DNA of 44,027 nucleotides from an uncultured Phycisphaerae bacterium (GTDB lineage Bacteria > Planctomycetota > Phycisphaerae > UBA1845 > DATKUK01). Both the position numbers and the translations under genes were made by a program. The stretch spans positions 1 to 44,027 of the forward strand of contig CBFCZG010000002.1 in the NCBI GenBank assembly GCA_965602375.1, read 5' to 3'. This document shows positions 1 to 8,490 of the stretch, in pieces. The stretch's first letter is position 1. The number at the start of each line of letters is the position of its first letter. Under the pieces are notes generated by a model. The model was given only the letters and a program-made list of their open reading frames with translations, did no database searches and was not told the origin of the DNA.

Positions 1-3
1 AGC

Positions 4-1062
4 CTACGCCATCCCCGCAGCCACGATGTCGTGCTGTCGGATCACGCCGACGGGACGCTGCCGATCGTCGAGCACCACCAACTGGGTGATCTTGCTCTTC
101 TCCATCAGCTCCAGACACTCGACCACCAGCGTCTCGGGCCCGACGGTCGAGCGGACCACCGGCAGGTCGCCCGGGTCGCGCCGGCTCTTGCCAAGCAGTT
201 CGGGCAGATCGAGCTTGGCCGGATCGATGCCTCGCAAGGTCAGCCGCCTCAGGTCGCCGTCGGTGAACGTGCCGACGAACCGCCCGTCGCCGTCGACGAC
301 GCAGGCCATGCCCAATCGCTTGGCGTCGATCTGCTGAAGGAGATCACGAAAGCTCGCCTGCTCGCTGACAACCGGCAGATCGCCCTCGGCATGCATCAAA
401 TCCTTCACCCGCAGCAGCAGTCGCTTGCCCAGGCTGCCGGCTGGGTGAAGCTCGGCGAAATGCTCGGCCCCGAACCCGCGTGCCTCCAGCAGGGCCATCG
501 CCAACGCGTCGCCCAACGCGAGCATCATCGTGGTGCTCGTGGTGGGTGCCAGGTTGAGCGGGCACGCCTCCGGTACGGTGGGGATCAGCAACACCACGCC
601 GGCCAACTCGGCCAGCTTGGAGGCGGCCTTTTCGGTCACGGCGATCACGACGCCGCCGCCTCGCCGGCGGAAGTGCTCCACGAACCGGGCCAGCTCCTCG
701 GTGTTGCCGCTCTTGCTGAGCACCAGCAGCCCGTCGTCGTGCGACACGATGCCCAGATCGCCGTGCAGCCCCTCCACCGGATGCATGGTGACCGCGGGCG
801 TACCCGTGCTCGCCAGCGTGGCGGCGATCTTGCGGGCCACCAGCCCGCTCTTGCCCAGCCCGGTCACGATCAATTGACCCCGCAGGCTGAGGATGGCCTC
901 GACGGCTTGGTCGAATCGCTCGTCGAGCGCGTCGCGCAGGGCCTGGAGCCCGTCGGCCTCATCGCCGATCACCCGCCGCGCCAGCGCCAGCCACGATGTC
1001 ATCGCCTTGCTTCCCGCCATGATGGGCGAATTGTACGACCTGCCTGCTTCCAGATAAAGCAC
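4..1062 (-). CDS. kdsD: Arabinose-5-phosphate isomerase (KdsD/KpsF family, SIS domain plus tandem CBS domains)
   Basis: SIS motifs GLGKSGLVARKIAATLASTGTPA and VLSKSGNTEEL. Two C-terminal CBS-like segments (VVDGDGRFVGTFTDGDLRR, VLDDRQRPVGVIRQHDIV). The ORF begins with GTG at 1062. In-frame ATGs at 1020 and 1002 are alternative starts. Confidence 0.85.
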   Translation of the reverse strand: MLYLEAGRSYNSPIMAGSKAMTSWLALARRVIGDEADGLQALRDALDERFDQAVEAILSLRGQLIVTGLGKSGLVARKIAATLASTGTPAVTMHPVEGLHGDLGIVSHDDGLLVLSKSGNTEELARFVEHFRRRGGGVVIAVTEKAASKLAELAGVVLLIPTVPEACPLNLAPTTSTTMMLALGDALAMALLEARGFGAEHFAELHPAGSLGKRLLLRVKDLMHAEGDLPVVSEQASFRDLLQQIDAKRLGMACVVDGDGRFVGTFTDGDLRRLTLRGIDPAKLDLPELLGKSRRDPGDLPVVRSTVGPETLVVECLELMEKSKITQLVVLDDRQRPVGVIRQHDIVAAGMA

Positions 1063-1111
1063 CCCAGTTGAACACGAAGCTACCCCGGTTCACGCGGCGA
1101 GTGGCACCCTC

Positions 1112-1205
1112 AAGCGAAGCCAAACTTCGTTTGGCGGAGCTTGTGGGTGCTTGCAGTAACAGACCGCTGATCGGTCATATCAGAACCCACCCACAACCTT
1201 CGCTT
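1112..1205 (-). other. Nested stem-loop element in the intergenic region upstream of kdsD
   Basis: AAGCGAAG (1112-1119) pairs with CTTCGCTT (1198-1205). TTGTGGGTG (1141-1149) pairs with CACCCACAA (1188-1196). Hairpin GCCAAAC-ttc-GTTTGGC lies at 1119-1135 and hairpin CTGAT-cggtcat-ATCAG at 1167-1183. No known RNA family recognised. Confidence 0.3.
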
Positions 1206-1239
1206 CGCTGCGATTGCAGGTGGCGCCCAACGGGCCACG

Positions 1240-2535
1240 TCACTCGCCCGACGGCTTCGGCGGACCGGTGCAGGCGAACATGATGTCCAGCGGGGGCTTG
1301 TCGCCCTTGCGCGTGCGGCCCGAGCCTTTCAGGTACAACACGCCGATGCCATGGCGAACGTCCTCGTTCATGTTGGGATACCAGTTGTCCTTCGTATCCG
1401 GCTCGCTCACCAGTACCGGTTCGCTCCACCCCGTCCCATCCAGGCGCTGAAGATACAGGGCCCCATAGGTGTTGCGCAGGTCTCGCTTGTCCTCAAACAG
1501 GGTCTTGCCGAACAGCACGTAGACGTGGGCCGGATCGTGCGACGTGTCCAGGCTCAGGAGCACGCAGAACGTGGGGAACGGCTGAAGCTGCACCGGCTCG
1601 GACCAGCTGCCCTCGCCATAGGGCGGACGGCCGCTACGATACCACAGCTTGCCTTCACCGTCGACGTAGCCCAAGTGGATGATCTTGGCCGCCTTATCGT
1701 ACACGGCGCACATGCGTCGATCGGTGCCGGCCCAGGTGGACATGCCTGAGGCCAATTCGACGTCCTTATCGCCCCACTTCCGGCCATCAAACAGGTTGCC
1801 GAACAGTTGCCCCTTGCCGCCGCTGGTCATCATCGCGATCGCGAACGATTGGCCGCCGTCAAGCGTGAGGTTCTCGTGGGCCGTGCTGCCGACCCTCTTC
1901 CAGCCATCGCGTCCAGGGCGGACGTCGCCCACGTGTCGAATGCAGCGAAGGTCGGGACCCCACTCGGCGATATCGCCGGGCCTAGCACTCCGCTTCCACA
2001 GCACCTCGGTGCCCGCCGCCTCGCCGGCCTCGTTGCGGATCACCGCGCGACCGGTCATCGTGAAGTGGCCTGCCCCATCGAGGTGCAAATCGGGATAGTA
2101 GCTCACCCGCGTGTCCAACTTGTGTGGCGCGTTCCAGGCGATGGTCTTGTCGCCGATCGTACCTTGGCACACGAAATGATCGAAGTTCCACTTCGGGGCC
2201 GGATCGATCAGCACCGAGTAGAACGTGTGGATGGTGTCGCCACGAATCAGATGACTCCGGCTGGCCTGCGGCGCCTCGGTGGCTGTCCAGATCTTCCCGT
2301 CGTCGGAAAAGTGATACGTGTCCGGGCCACCCCGAAACACCAGCCACTTGCCGCGATGCGGAAAGACCAGCCGGATCGTCCCGCGGGTGGTCGAATGGTA
2401 GCCGCCGGGCGTGGTGGCAATCTGCGAGTGAGCAAACGTCGGCGCCCAGGGCGCTTGCTGCTCGTCGCCCGGGGCGCCCAGAGAAGCCGACATCACGATC
2501 GCCGCAGCTCCACAGAGGGTTGAGATGAGTTTCAT
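1240..2535 (-). CDS. Exported BNR/Asp-box (sialidase-superfamily-like) beta-propeller protein, function unknown
   Basis: ATG at 2535 is preceded by GGAGGA with an 8-nt spacer. Signal peptide MKLISTLCGAAAIVMSASLGAPG. Asp-box-like FSDDGKIWT and repeated G(S/T)WSEPV motifs. Confidence 0.6.
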   Translation of the reverse strand: MKLISTLCGAAAIVMSASLGAPGDEQQAPWAPTFAHSQIATTPGGYHSTTRGTIRLVFPHRGKWLVFRGGPDTYHFSDDGKIWTATEAPQASRSHLIRGDTIHTFYSVLIDPAPKWNFDHFVCQGTIGDKTIAWNAPHKLDTRVSYYPDLHLDGAGHFTMTGRAVIRNEAGEAAGTEVLWKRSARPGDIAEWGPDLRCIRHVGDVRPGRDGWKRVGSTAHENLTLDGGQSFAIAMMTSGGKGQLFGNLFDGRKWGDKDVELASGMSTWAGTDRRMCAVYDKAAKIIHLGYVDGEGKLWYRSGRPPYGEGSWSEPVQLQPFPTFCVLLSLDTSHDPAHVYVLFGKTLFEDKRDLRNTYGALYLQRLDGTGWSEPVLVSEPDTKDNWYPNMNEDVRHGIGVLYLKGSGRTRKGDKPPLDIMFACTGPPKPSGE

Positions 2536-2696
2536 CGCATCGTTCCTCCACACTACAAGAACGTCGCCCATATTTCAGGCTTCCTGGGTGGCCAACTCAA
2601 TCCCGGCGCCGAACTCTCCTCGCTGTCGACATGCCTGCGCCCGTCGCGCCAGGCTTAGGCATGCCCCATGTCGTGCAGCGCACGTCCGAGTAGACT

Positions 2697-2721
2697 CACG
2701 GCCCTGCTGCGCAGGGCTGTG
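2697..2721 (-). terminator. Terminator-like GC hairpin downstream of the LolA-like gene (no U-tract)
   Basis: cacGGCCCTGC-tgc-GCAGGGCtgtg, 14 nt beyond the stop at 2735. One mismatch when read on the minus strand and no T-run follows. Confidence 0.3.
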
Positions 2722-2734
2722 CCACCCGGTGCTA

Positions 2735-3574
2735 CTACAACCCTGGAATCTTGGGCAGCTTGAGGCCCTTGGACTCGGTCTCCTTTTCCTTCGGCTGCTG
2801 GCTTTGAGATTCCGGTTGCGGCTCGGCCTCGTGCGCCGGCTTGGGCTGAGGCTGGCCGGCGGTCATGTCCATCACCTGAACGCCCTCGGGCACCTTGAAC
2901 ACGAACCGGTCGGCGCTGATGTCGGGATTGAGCTTGAGGTCTTTGACAATGGTGGTCATGGTGGTCTTGCCGTCGACGCTCTTGCCGACCATCTTGACCA
3001 TCATGCCGGAGTCCTTGTCGTAGTAGTAGCGCATGGTCATGCCGGCCTGCGCGGCGGGGGCACCTTTCTTGGGCGTCGCTTCGATCACCCACGCCGCTTT
3101 GCCCTCGACCGTCTCGTCGGGCAGCAGCTTGAGATCGTAATCCTTGCGCAGCGCGTCGAACCCCTCGCCGACGGCCATATTCTGCCCTTCGGCCACCCTG
3201 TTCTTGATGACCATCTTCTGCCCTTGCGACTCGCTCAGCGTCCAGATGTACTTGTCGTCCGACACCACCAGCACCGTGCTTTCGGTCTTCCGCTCCTGGC
3301 CGCCGACTTCCATGACGCTGGTCGACTTACTTTCCATCCGGTGCAGCCACTTGCCGTCCTTCTTGAGCAGCTCGTCGGTGCCGACCGTCTCGGTCCTGCT
3401 TTTGACCGGCGCCTCCGACACGATCGTGCTTGTCGACTTGTACGTGCACGACTTCATCGCAGCGCTCTTGGCCGCAAGCGCTTTCTGTACCGATTCAAGG
3501 TCGTCGGCCCATCCGAGCCCGGCCCAAGTCACGACACACACCGCCGCCGTCAACAGTACGCTCCAACGCATCAT
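2735..3574 (-). CDS. Exported LolA-like / outer-membrane lipoprotein-sorting-like protein with a Pro/Gln/Glu-rich C-terminal tail
   Basis: ATGATG at 3574/3571 is preceded by AAGGAG with an 8-nt spacer. Signal peptide MMRWSVLLTAAVCVVTWAGLGWA. The body resembles LolA-fold DUF proteins (KAAWVIEATPKK, MRYYYDKDSGMMVK, ISADRFVFKVPEGV). Confidence 0.7.
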   Translation of the reverse strand: MMRWSVLLTAAVCVVTWAGLGWADDLESVQKALAAKSAAMKSCTYKSTSTIVSEAPVKSRTETVGTDELLKKDGKWLHRMESKSTSVMEVGGQERKTESTVLVVSDDKYIWTLSESQGQKMVIKNRVAEGQNMAVGEGFDALRKDYDLKLLPDETVEGKAAWVIEATPKKGAPAAQAGMTMRYYYDKDSGMMVKMVGKSVDGKTTMTTIVKDLKLNPDISADRFVFKVPEGVQVMDMTAGQPQPKPAHEAEPQPESQSQQPKEKETESKGLKLPKIPGL

Positions 3575-3631
3575 GGCAAACGCTCCTTTCTGCATCATTC
3601 GGGTGCGCAGATCCGTGCACACACCGAAGAA

Positions 3632-3895
3632 TCATCGCTGTTGCCGGCCGACGAGTTCTTTTCGCCATTCGGCCAGCATGTGCTCGTAGGCGGCGACGGT
3701 CGCCGACGTAATGATGTGCCCCATCTCGCCCATGCCGTCCCAGCCCTGGCCCTGGTACGTGCACTGCGTCTCCAGCAGTCCTTCCAGCATCTCGATGGAG
3801 AAACCCGGATCGGTCTGCCGGCGCATCGCCACATAGGCGCAAGTGCTTTCGAAAACCTCATCGTACTTGTGGTCCTTCCAGGAGGTCCTCGACAC
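3632..3895 (-). CDS. Small hypothetical protein (about 87 aa), start uncertain
   Basis: The C-terminal third of ORF 3632..4333 has protein-like composition (KDHKYDEVFESTCAYVAMRRQTDPGFSIEMLEGLLETQCTYQGQGWDGMGEMGHIITSATVAAYEHMLAEWRKEL). A GTG at 3895 has GGAG 8 nt upstream, and ATG at 3826 is an alternative start. No family recognised. Confidence 0.3.
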   Translation of the reverse strand: MSRTSWKDHKYDEVFESTCAYVAMRRQTDPGFSIEMLEGLLETQCTYQGQGWDGMGEMGHIITSATVAAYEHMLAEWRKELVGRQQR

Positions 3896-3933
3896 GCCGC
3901 GGTCTCCGCGCTCGGCGGCCCGGCCATGCCGGA

Positions 3934-4698
3934 TCAGTACGGAAACGTCCGGTCCATTGTAGCCGCCGCCAACTCGACAAGATACTGACTGATTCGCTCG
4001 ACGGCTATCTCGACGTACTGCCGGCCCTTCTCGGCGGTGGCGGCCCGGGGATCGCCCACGCCGCTGTGGGTTGTCAGCAGGTGCCAAGGCCTCGTGATCT
4101 TGACCCACCCGCGATTGATGGCCTCGAAGCGGCTGGGGCGGGCCTTGCCCTCGTCGGCCGTCTCCAGCGGCGCCGTAAGCGCCGGATGCAGATGCATGGC
4201 CACGCTGGTCTCCATCTCGTCGGCATGGTCGCCCGTCTGCGAGAAGATCCGGTCGGCCTGGTCGGCGGACACGGTCCACCAGTTGATCAGCGAGAGAAAA
4301 ACCTCGCCGCCGTAAAGCTCGCGGAGCACCCATCCCAATTCGTTGCCGCCATGCCCGTTGAGCAGCACGAGCTTGCGGACGCCGTAGCTGGCCAGCGAGT
4401 CGACGACGTCGCGGATGACCGCAAGCTGGGTGGTGGGATTCATGTTGATCACCATGGGGAACGCCAGCTGATTGGTGTTGACCCCGAACGGGATCGACGG
4501 CAGCAGGCAGACCCGCGCCCCGCCCTGCCAGGCCCGCTCGCAGGCCATCTCACCAACGCGGGTGACCGTAATGGTGTCGTTGGCGTAGGGCAGGTGCAAA
4601 TTGTGGGGCTCGGTGGCGCCGATAGGCAGCACCGCCACTTCGTACGATGTATCCTTGACACTCTGGTATTGTGTTTCAGCCAGCACGTACGGACGCAT
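3934..4698 (-). CDS. Creatininase-family amidohydrolase
   Basis: ATG at 4698 is preceded by AGGAG with a 7-nt spacer. Family motifs GATEPHNLHLP, LNGHGGN and GDHADEMETS. Confidence 0.85.
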   Translation of the reverse strand: MRPYVLAETQYQSVKDTSYEVAVLPIGATEPHNLHLPYANDTITVTRVGEMACERAWQGGARVCLLPSIPFGVNTNQLAFPMVINMNPTTQLAVIRDVVDSLASYGVRKLVLLNGHGGNELGWVLRELYGGEVFLSLINWWTVSADQADRIFSQTGDHADEMETSVAMHLHPALTAPLETADEGKARPSRFEAINRGWVKITRPWHLLTTHSGVGDPRAATAEKGRQYVEIAVERISQYLVELAAATMDRTFPY

Positions 4699-4874
4699 CG
4701 GTCGACTCCTATGTATGACGGTGTGTGCCTCTGTTGGGGTAAGGATACTGTCGACGCCTCGCCGCCGCACCCCTGCACCGGCTTGACTTGGGGTGGCCAC
4801 CCTACTAGCCTCACTACACACAGGTACTCGGCAAAGTGCCTGCGGCAAGCAGTGATGCCCGACGCAGGAGAAGC

Positions 4875-5114
4875 ATGATGGCAGGCAAGAGAACGCGTTG
4901 GTTGGTGGTTTCGCTCGTTTGCGGCACGATCCTGCTGCAGGGGATCGGTGCTGGCTGCTCGGGCTTCGTTGTCGACACAATCTTGAAAATCATCGGCGTA
5001 GCCATACTCGATCAGACCCTCGGGCCGCTGCTGGGCGATCCGGCAGGCGACACAACCTTCGATCTGGCCAACCTGTTCGGGGGGCAGGACGCGCAAGCGG
5101 ACCAGCAACAATAA
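4875..5114 (+). CDS. Small exported or membrane-anchored protein (79 aa)
   Basis: ATG at 4875 is preceded by AGGAGAAGC. Basic N-terminus plus a hydrophobic segment, MMAGKRTRWLVVSLVCGTILLQGIGAGC, which may be a lipobox-like GAGC. Confidence 0.4.
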   Translation: MMAGKRTRWLVVSLVCGTILLQGIGAGCSGFVVDTILKIIGVAILDQTLGPLLGDPAGDTTFDLANLFGGQDAQADQQQ

Positions 5115-5192
5115 CTCCGGCTGTACTCTCAGACCGACTGGTCCAGCCGGGCGTGGTGTTCGCGCGCACCGATCGGGCTGGGAAAACGTCGT

Positions 5193-5873
5193 CTAGTCAC
5201 CGGCGTCAGAGGACTCACTGCCAGACGGTTGGACCACGGTCCCTGGGGCGTCGGGCGCCTGCACTTCGGAGGGGCGCCTGCCCAGCGGCCAGACCTGGCC
5301 CCCTATCGCCCAGCCAAGAGCAGCAAACGAGATGACCGCTCGAATCAGCCACAAGGCGCCTGCCTGTTTGTGCTGGACCACCACCCGCTCGTCCGCGTCG
5401 GTTGGACCGATCTTGAACTTGTCGCCGCGCAGCGTCCAGGCGACGTAGCCGGCCACCCCCCCTGCCCCAAACCGTGTCCGCCAGTAGTTTTCGATCATCT
5501 GGCGCATCTGTGCCTTTTCAGCGGCGAACTTGCGGTCGCGAGGGTTCTTCTTCTGCACACGCAGCGCCTGCTCGGCGTTATCGACGACCACGCTGCGATA
5601 CTCGAACACCACCGTGCCGGCGCTGATCGCCACCGTCGGCACGAGCACGGAGGCCAATAGCACCCCCCTGCGCACAGGGCGAGCCCCGGCGCCACATCGA
5701 AACAGAATGGCCCCAAGGATCAGGCCCACCAGCATGAAGAAGAACACCCCCACGATACCGAACACGAAAGGCAGCAGACCCGCCGATGCCAGCAGCTTCG
5801 ACAAAGCCACGCCGATGATCGTAACCAACCCGCATCCGAGCACGTACCGTCGCAGCGCTGCTTGTGATGCCAT
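5193..5873 (-). CDS. Integral membrane protein, unknown function
   Basis: Internal ATG (MASQAALRRYVLGCGLVTIIG...) of ORF 5193..6515, followed by several hydrophobic helices. The upstream in-frame extension overlaps the opposite-strand acyltransferase gene and is Arg/Pro/Ala junk. Confidence 0.55.
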   Translation of the reverse strand: MASQAALRRYVLGCGLVTIIGVALSKLLASAGLLPFVFGIVGVFFFMLVGLILGAILFRCGAGARPVRRGVLLASVLVPTVAISAGTVVFEYRSVVVDNAEQALRVQKKNPRDRKFAAEKAQMRQMIENYWRTRFGAGGVAGYVAWTLRGDKFKIGPTDADERVVVQHKQAGALWLIRAVISFAALGWAIGGQVWPLGRRPSEVQAPDAPGTVVQPSGSESSDAGD

Positions 5874-6023
5874 ATGCCTGCTTCCCTGCAACCAGCTTGC
5901 CTCTGCAACGGACGAAAGGGACTCTCGGCCCGACCGACCGCGAGGGTCTGACCGATTCGACGTGCCCATGGTATCCTTGGCTGTACCGATCCGCCAGCAT
6001 CCGTCAGACGCTCGGCGAAGGGT

Positions 6024-6965
6024 GTGGACTATGCGTTTTACCTTGGAGTGACCGTGCTCAGTCGCCTGATCCGTCGGACCCTTGGCAGCGCGCTGGCCTG
6101 CCTTGACCCCGCGCAAGGTGTTGCTGTGGCGCGATGGCTGGGTCGAGGCCTGGCCGACGGCAACTGGCCGGTGATCGCACGGGCCGAACGCCAACTCGCG
6201 CTGACTTTCGGTGATGAACTGTCGCCTCAAGAACGGGCGACGCTGGCGCGCGAAAGCATCGTCGAAGCCGCGGCATGCTGGGGCGAGATGATGTTCCTCG
6301 CCCGCGGCCGCCGCTGGTCGCAGTTGCGTGATTGGATCGAAGTGGAGGAGCCCTCTCGCTGGGCGCGGTTGCGCAACGGCAGGCGCGGCGTTATCGTGGC
6401 CACCAGTTATCTGGGCAACCCCGCCGTGGCGGCGGCGGCTGCCGCGGAGTTGCTGGGCTCGGCGTGGCTGGTGACCTGGCCACTTACCGACGTCAATTTG
6501 CGGGCTTGGCAGCAAAGCCTTGTTCGCCGGCGAGGCAAACTTAGAGTCCTATCGGCCCGGCATGCGGTCGCGACGGCGCCTCGGCTGCTCGAGGCCGGTG
6601 AGCAGCTGATCGTTCTCGCCGAGCATCAGCGAGCCACCGGCCCGGCTGTGGAGTTGACCTTCCTCGGTCAGCCGCATCGCTGCTATCCGACCGTCGGCGT
6701 GCTGGCCGACGGCTGCGACGTGCCGGTCGCCGTTGTCGTTGCGCAGCGATCACGCACACCGTTCCGCTTCTCACTCACAATGGAAGAGCTTGTCGACCCC
6801 CGCGAGTTGCCGGCCGGCGATCGCCCCGCCACCGTCACCCGCCGGGTGATGGGCGCTATCGAGCGGTGCATCCGCCACAGTCCCGAGCAGTACCTTTGGT
6901 CGCGACCGTGGCTGGGCGGCGCAAGATCGCTAGAACAGCTCCCACGGCGGCAGGAACGGCTCTAG
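6024..6965 (+). CDS. LpxL/HtrB-family (lipid A biosynthesis late acyltransferase-like) protein
   Basis: GTG start at 6024 is preceded by GAAGGG. The family-typical C-terminal motif PEQYLWSRPW is present and the overall layout matches. See the finding on the apparently missing H-x4-E dyad. Confidence 0.65.
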   Translation: MDYAFYLGVTVLSRLIRRTLGSALACLDPAQGVAVARWLGRGLADGNWPVIARAERQLALTFGDELSPQERATLARESIVEAAACWGEMMFLARGRRWSQLRDWIEVEEPSRWARLRNGRRGVIVATSYLGNPAVAAAAAAELLGSAWLVTWPLTDVNLRAWQQSLVRRRGKLRVLSARHAVATAPRLLEAGEQLIVLAEHQRATGPAVELTFLGQPHRCYPTVGVLADGCDVPVAVVVAQRSRTPFRFSLTMEELVDPRELPAGDRPATVTRRVMGAIERCIRHSPEQYLWSRPWLGGARSLEQLPRRQERL

Positions 6966-7115
6966 GGGACCAAACACGTCCTGCCAGGTCTGCGTTCTTG
7001 CCCCTTGCTGCGCATACCATGTCCAGCCTTCCGCGTCGTCCTGGGCCATCAGCATGTCGCTCAAGCCCAACACCAACACGACCGCCGCCGCCAACTTCGC
7101 CCGAATTCGCCTCAC
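6930..7115 (-). CDS. Small secreted Trp-rich peptide (61-aa precursor), hypothetical
   Basis: GTG at 7115 has GGAG 8 nt upstream. Signal-like RRIRAKLAAAVVLVLGLSDMLMA, then QDDAEGWTWYAQQGARTQTWQDVFGPLEPFLPPWELF. It lies 54 nt downstream of rsgA on the same strand and overlaps the convergent acyltransferase tail by 36 nt. Confidence 0.35.
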   Translation of the reverse strand: MRRIRAKLAAAVVLVLGLSDMLMAQDDAEGWTWYAQQGARTQTWQDVFGPLEPFLPPWELF

Positions 7116-7169
7116 CTATATGACTCCAATAGCATGCCCGCGCCGCCTCGCGACACGAGAACTGCCCTA

Positions 7170-8342
7170 TTACCTATCGTCCGCCAGATACTCCTGCTTC
7201 AACTCTTCGAAGATGCGCACGTAACTGTCATACCGCCCGGGATCGACGTCACCGCCCTCGACCGCCGCTTTGATCGCGCACCCTTCTTCAGGGATGTGCT
7301 TACAGTCGGCATACTCACACTGCGCAACCAGCGGCACGAACTCGACGAAATACTGCTCGAGCTCGCCCAGCTTCATTCGAGGCAGCTCGAACTGCCGCAC
7401 GCCCGGCGTATCAACCACGTAGCCGCCGAAATCGAGCTTCAGCAGCTCGGCCGTCGCCGTGGTATGCCGCCCCTTCTTCGTCGCCCCGCTGACGTCGCCT
7501 ATCTTTAGCTTGAGCCCCGGCTGCAATGTGTTAAGCAGTGAACTCTTGCCCACACCGCTTTGGCCCGCGATCACCGACTGCCGACCGGCCATCTGCTCGC
7601 GCAACGCGTCGATGCCCGCGCCCCCAACCGCGCTGGTTGCCACGCACGGGTAGCCCAGTCGTCGATATACGTCGAGCGTCGGGGCGACCTGGCCGTCCTG
7701 CTCCAGATCGACCTTGTTGATGCAGATCACCGACCGAAGCTCACCCGCCTCGGCCGCCACAATGTATCGATCGATCAGATGCGGTTTGAGGGGCGGCACG
7801 CCCACTGACGCCACGATCACCACCTGATCGACGTTGGCGACGAACGTGTGCACGCGGTCGCCGTAGCGCCGCGACAGTTTGCCGGTCCGCGGAGCGACCC
7901 ACTCGATCACCCCCTGCTGATCGACATCCTCATCCTCGTGAACCCCCGTGAATCGGACACGGTCGCCCACCGCTACCGGGCTGCGCTCCTCGATCAGCCG
8001 TGTCCGCAACACGCGACGGATCGTACAGTCCCACGTTCGCTGCCCGTCGTCGACGCGGGCGATCTGACCGCGAACCGCCAGCACCACCCCGTCGGCCTGA
8101 TCGGCCTGCGTGGCTGCGGCGGGCTCGTCGCCCGATTCGATGATCGTCCGTTTGCGAGACAGGTCGCCCTTGGCGCGGACGCGCTCTTGCAGCAGTGCCT
8201 CGGGTTCGTCTTCGTCGGCCTGCTGGTATTGGCGTGTCCAGTCCTTCAGCCGCGGGGGTTTACCGCGATTGGGTCGGAAGTGAACCCTCACCTTCCGCCC
8301 CGACTTGCCACTCTTGCCCTTGCCGCCTGCAGCCAAATGCAC
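7170..8342 (-). CDS. rsgA: Ribosome small-subunit-dependent GTPase A, with a basic N-terminal extension
   Basis: Circularly permuted GTPase motifs NKVDL, then GQSGVGKSSLLN, then DTPG. C-terminal zinc knuckle CEYADCKHIPEEGC. GTG start. Confidence 0.9.
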   Translation of the reverse strand: MHLAAGGKGKSGKSGRKVRVHFRPNRGKPPRLKDWTRQYQQADEDEPEALLQERVRAKGDLSRKRTIIESGDEPAAATQADQADGVVLAVRGQIARVDDGQRTWDCTIRRVLRTRLIEERSPVAVGDRVRFTGVHEDEDVDQQGVIEWVAPRTGKLSRRYGDRVHTFVANVDQVVIVASVGVPPLKPHLIDRYIVAAEAGELRSVICINKVDLEQDGQVAPTLDVYRRLGYPCVATSAVGGAGIDALREQMAGRQSVIAGQSGVGKSSLLNTLQPGLKLKIGDVSGATKKGRHTTATAELLKLDFGGYVVDTPGVRQFELPRMKLGELEQYFVEFVPLVAQCEYADCKHIPEEGCAIKAAVEGGDVDPGRYDSYVRIFEELKQEYLADDR

Positions 8343-8466
8343 CCAACCCGGTTAGAACCACATCGTTTAGCCACTCAATTCTCAGTTCCCTACCGTCAAT
8401 GTCAAGCTCGCATCATAGCTTGTCGGCCTGGTCACCACGAACACGAACGCCGAACATCGCCGTGCG

Positions 8467-8472
8467 TATAAT
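8467..8472 (+). promoter_or_regulatory. Candidate -10 box (TATAAT) for msrA
   Basis: Perfect TATAAT 18 nt upstream of the msrA ATG. No convincing -35 element (cgaacg at 17-nt spacing). Confidence 0.25.
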
Positions 8473-8490
8473 CGTCCAGAGGTGAAAGCC

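Noticed and set aside
1102-1116. Sigma-54-like TGGCAC element (a second one lies at 25947..25952)
   Set aside because: The GC of the -12 element is off by one or absent. The first also points away from any plus-strand gene. The second is simply the left arm of a TGGCAC/GTGCCA hairpin.
2525-3988. 487-aa plus-strand ORF
   Set aside because: It is antisense to the LolA-like gene and the small ORF. The composition is Arg/Leu/His/Pro-rich and repetitive, typical of a shadow frame in GC-rich DNA. The minus-strand gene has a perfect AAGGAG ribosome-binding site and a signal peptide.
3896-4333. Upstream two-thirds of ORF 3632..4333
   Set aside because: It overlaps the creatininase-family gene in a different frame and has junk composition. 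Only the 3' part is kept, as a low-confidence small CDS.
5874-6515. N-terminal 214-codon extension of ORF 5193..6515
   Set aside because: It overlaps the opposite-strand acyltransferase gene, is Arg/Pro/Gly-rich and has no hydrophobic pattern. The internal ATG at 5873 begins the membrane protein.
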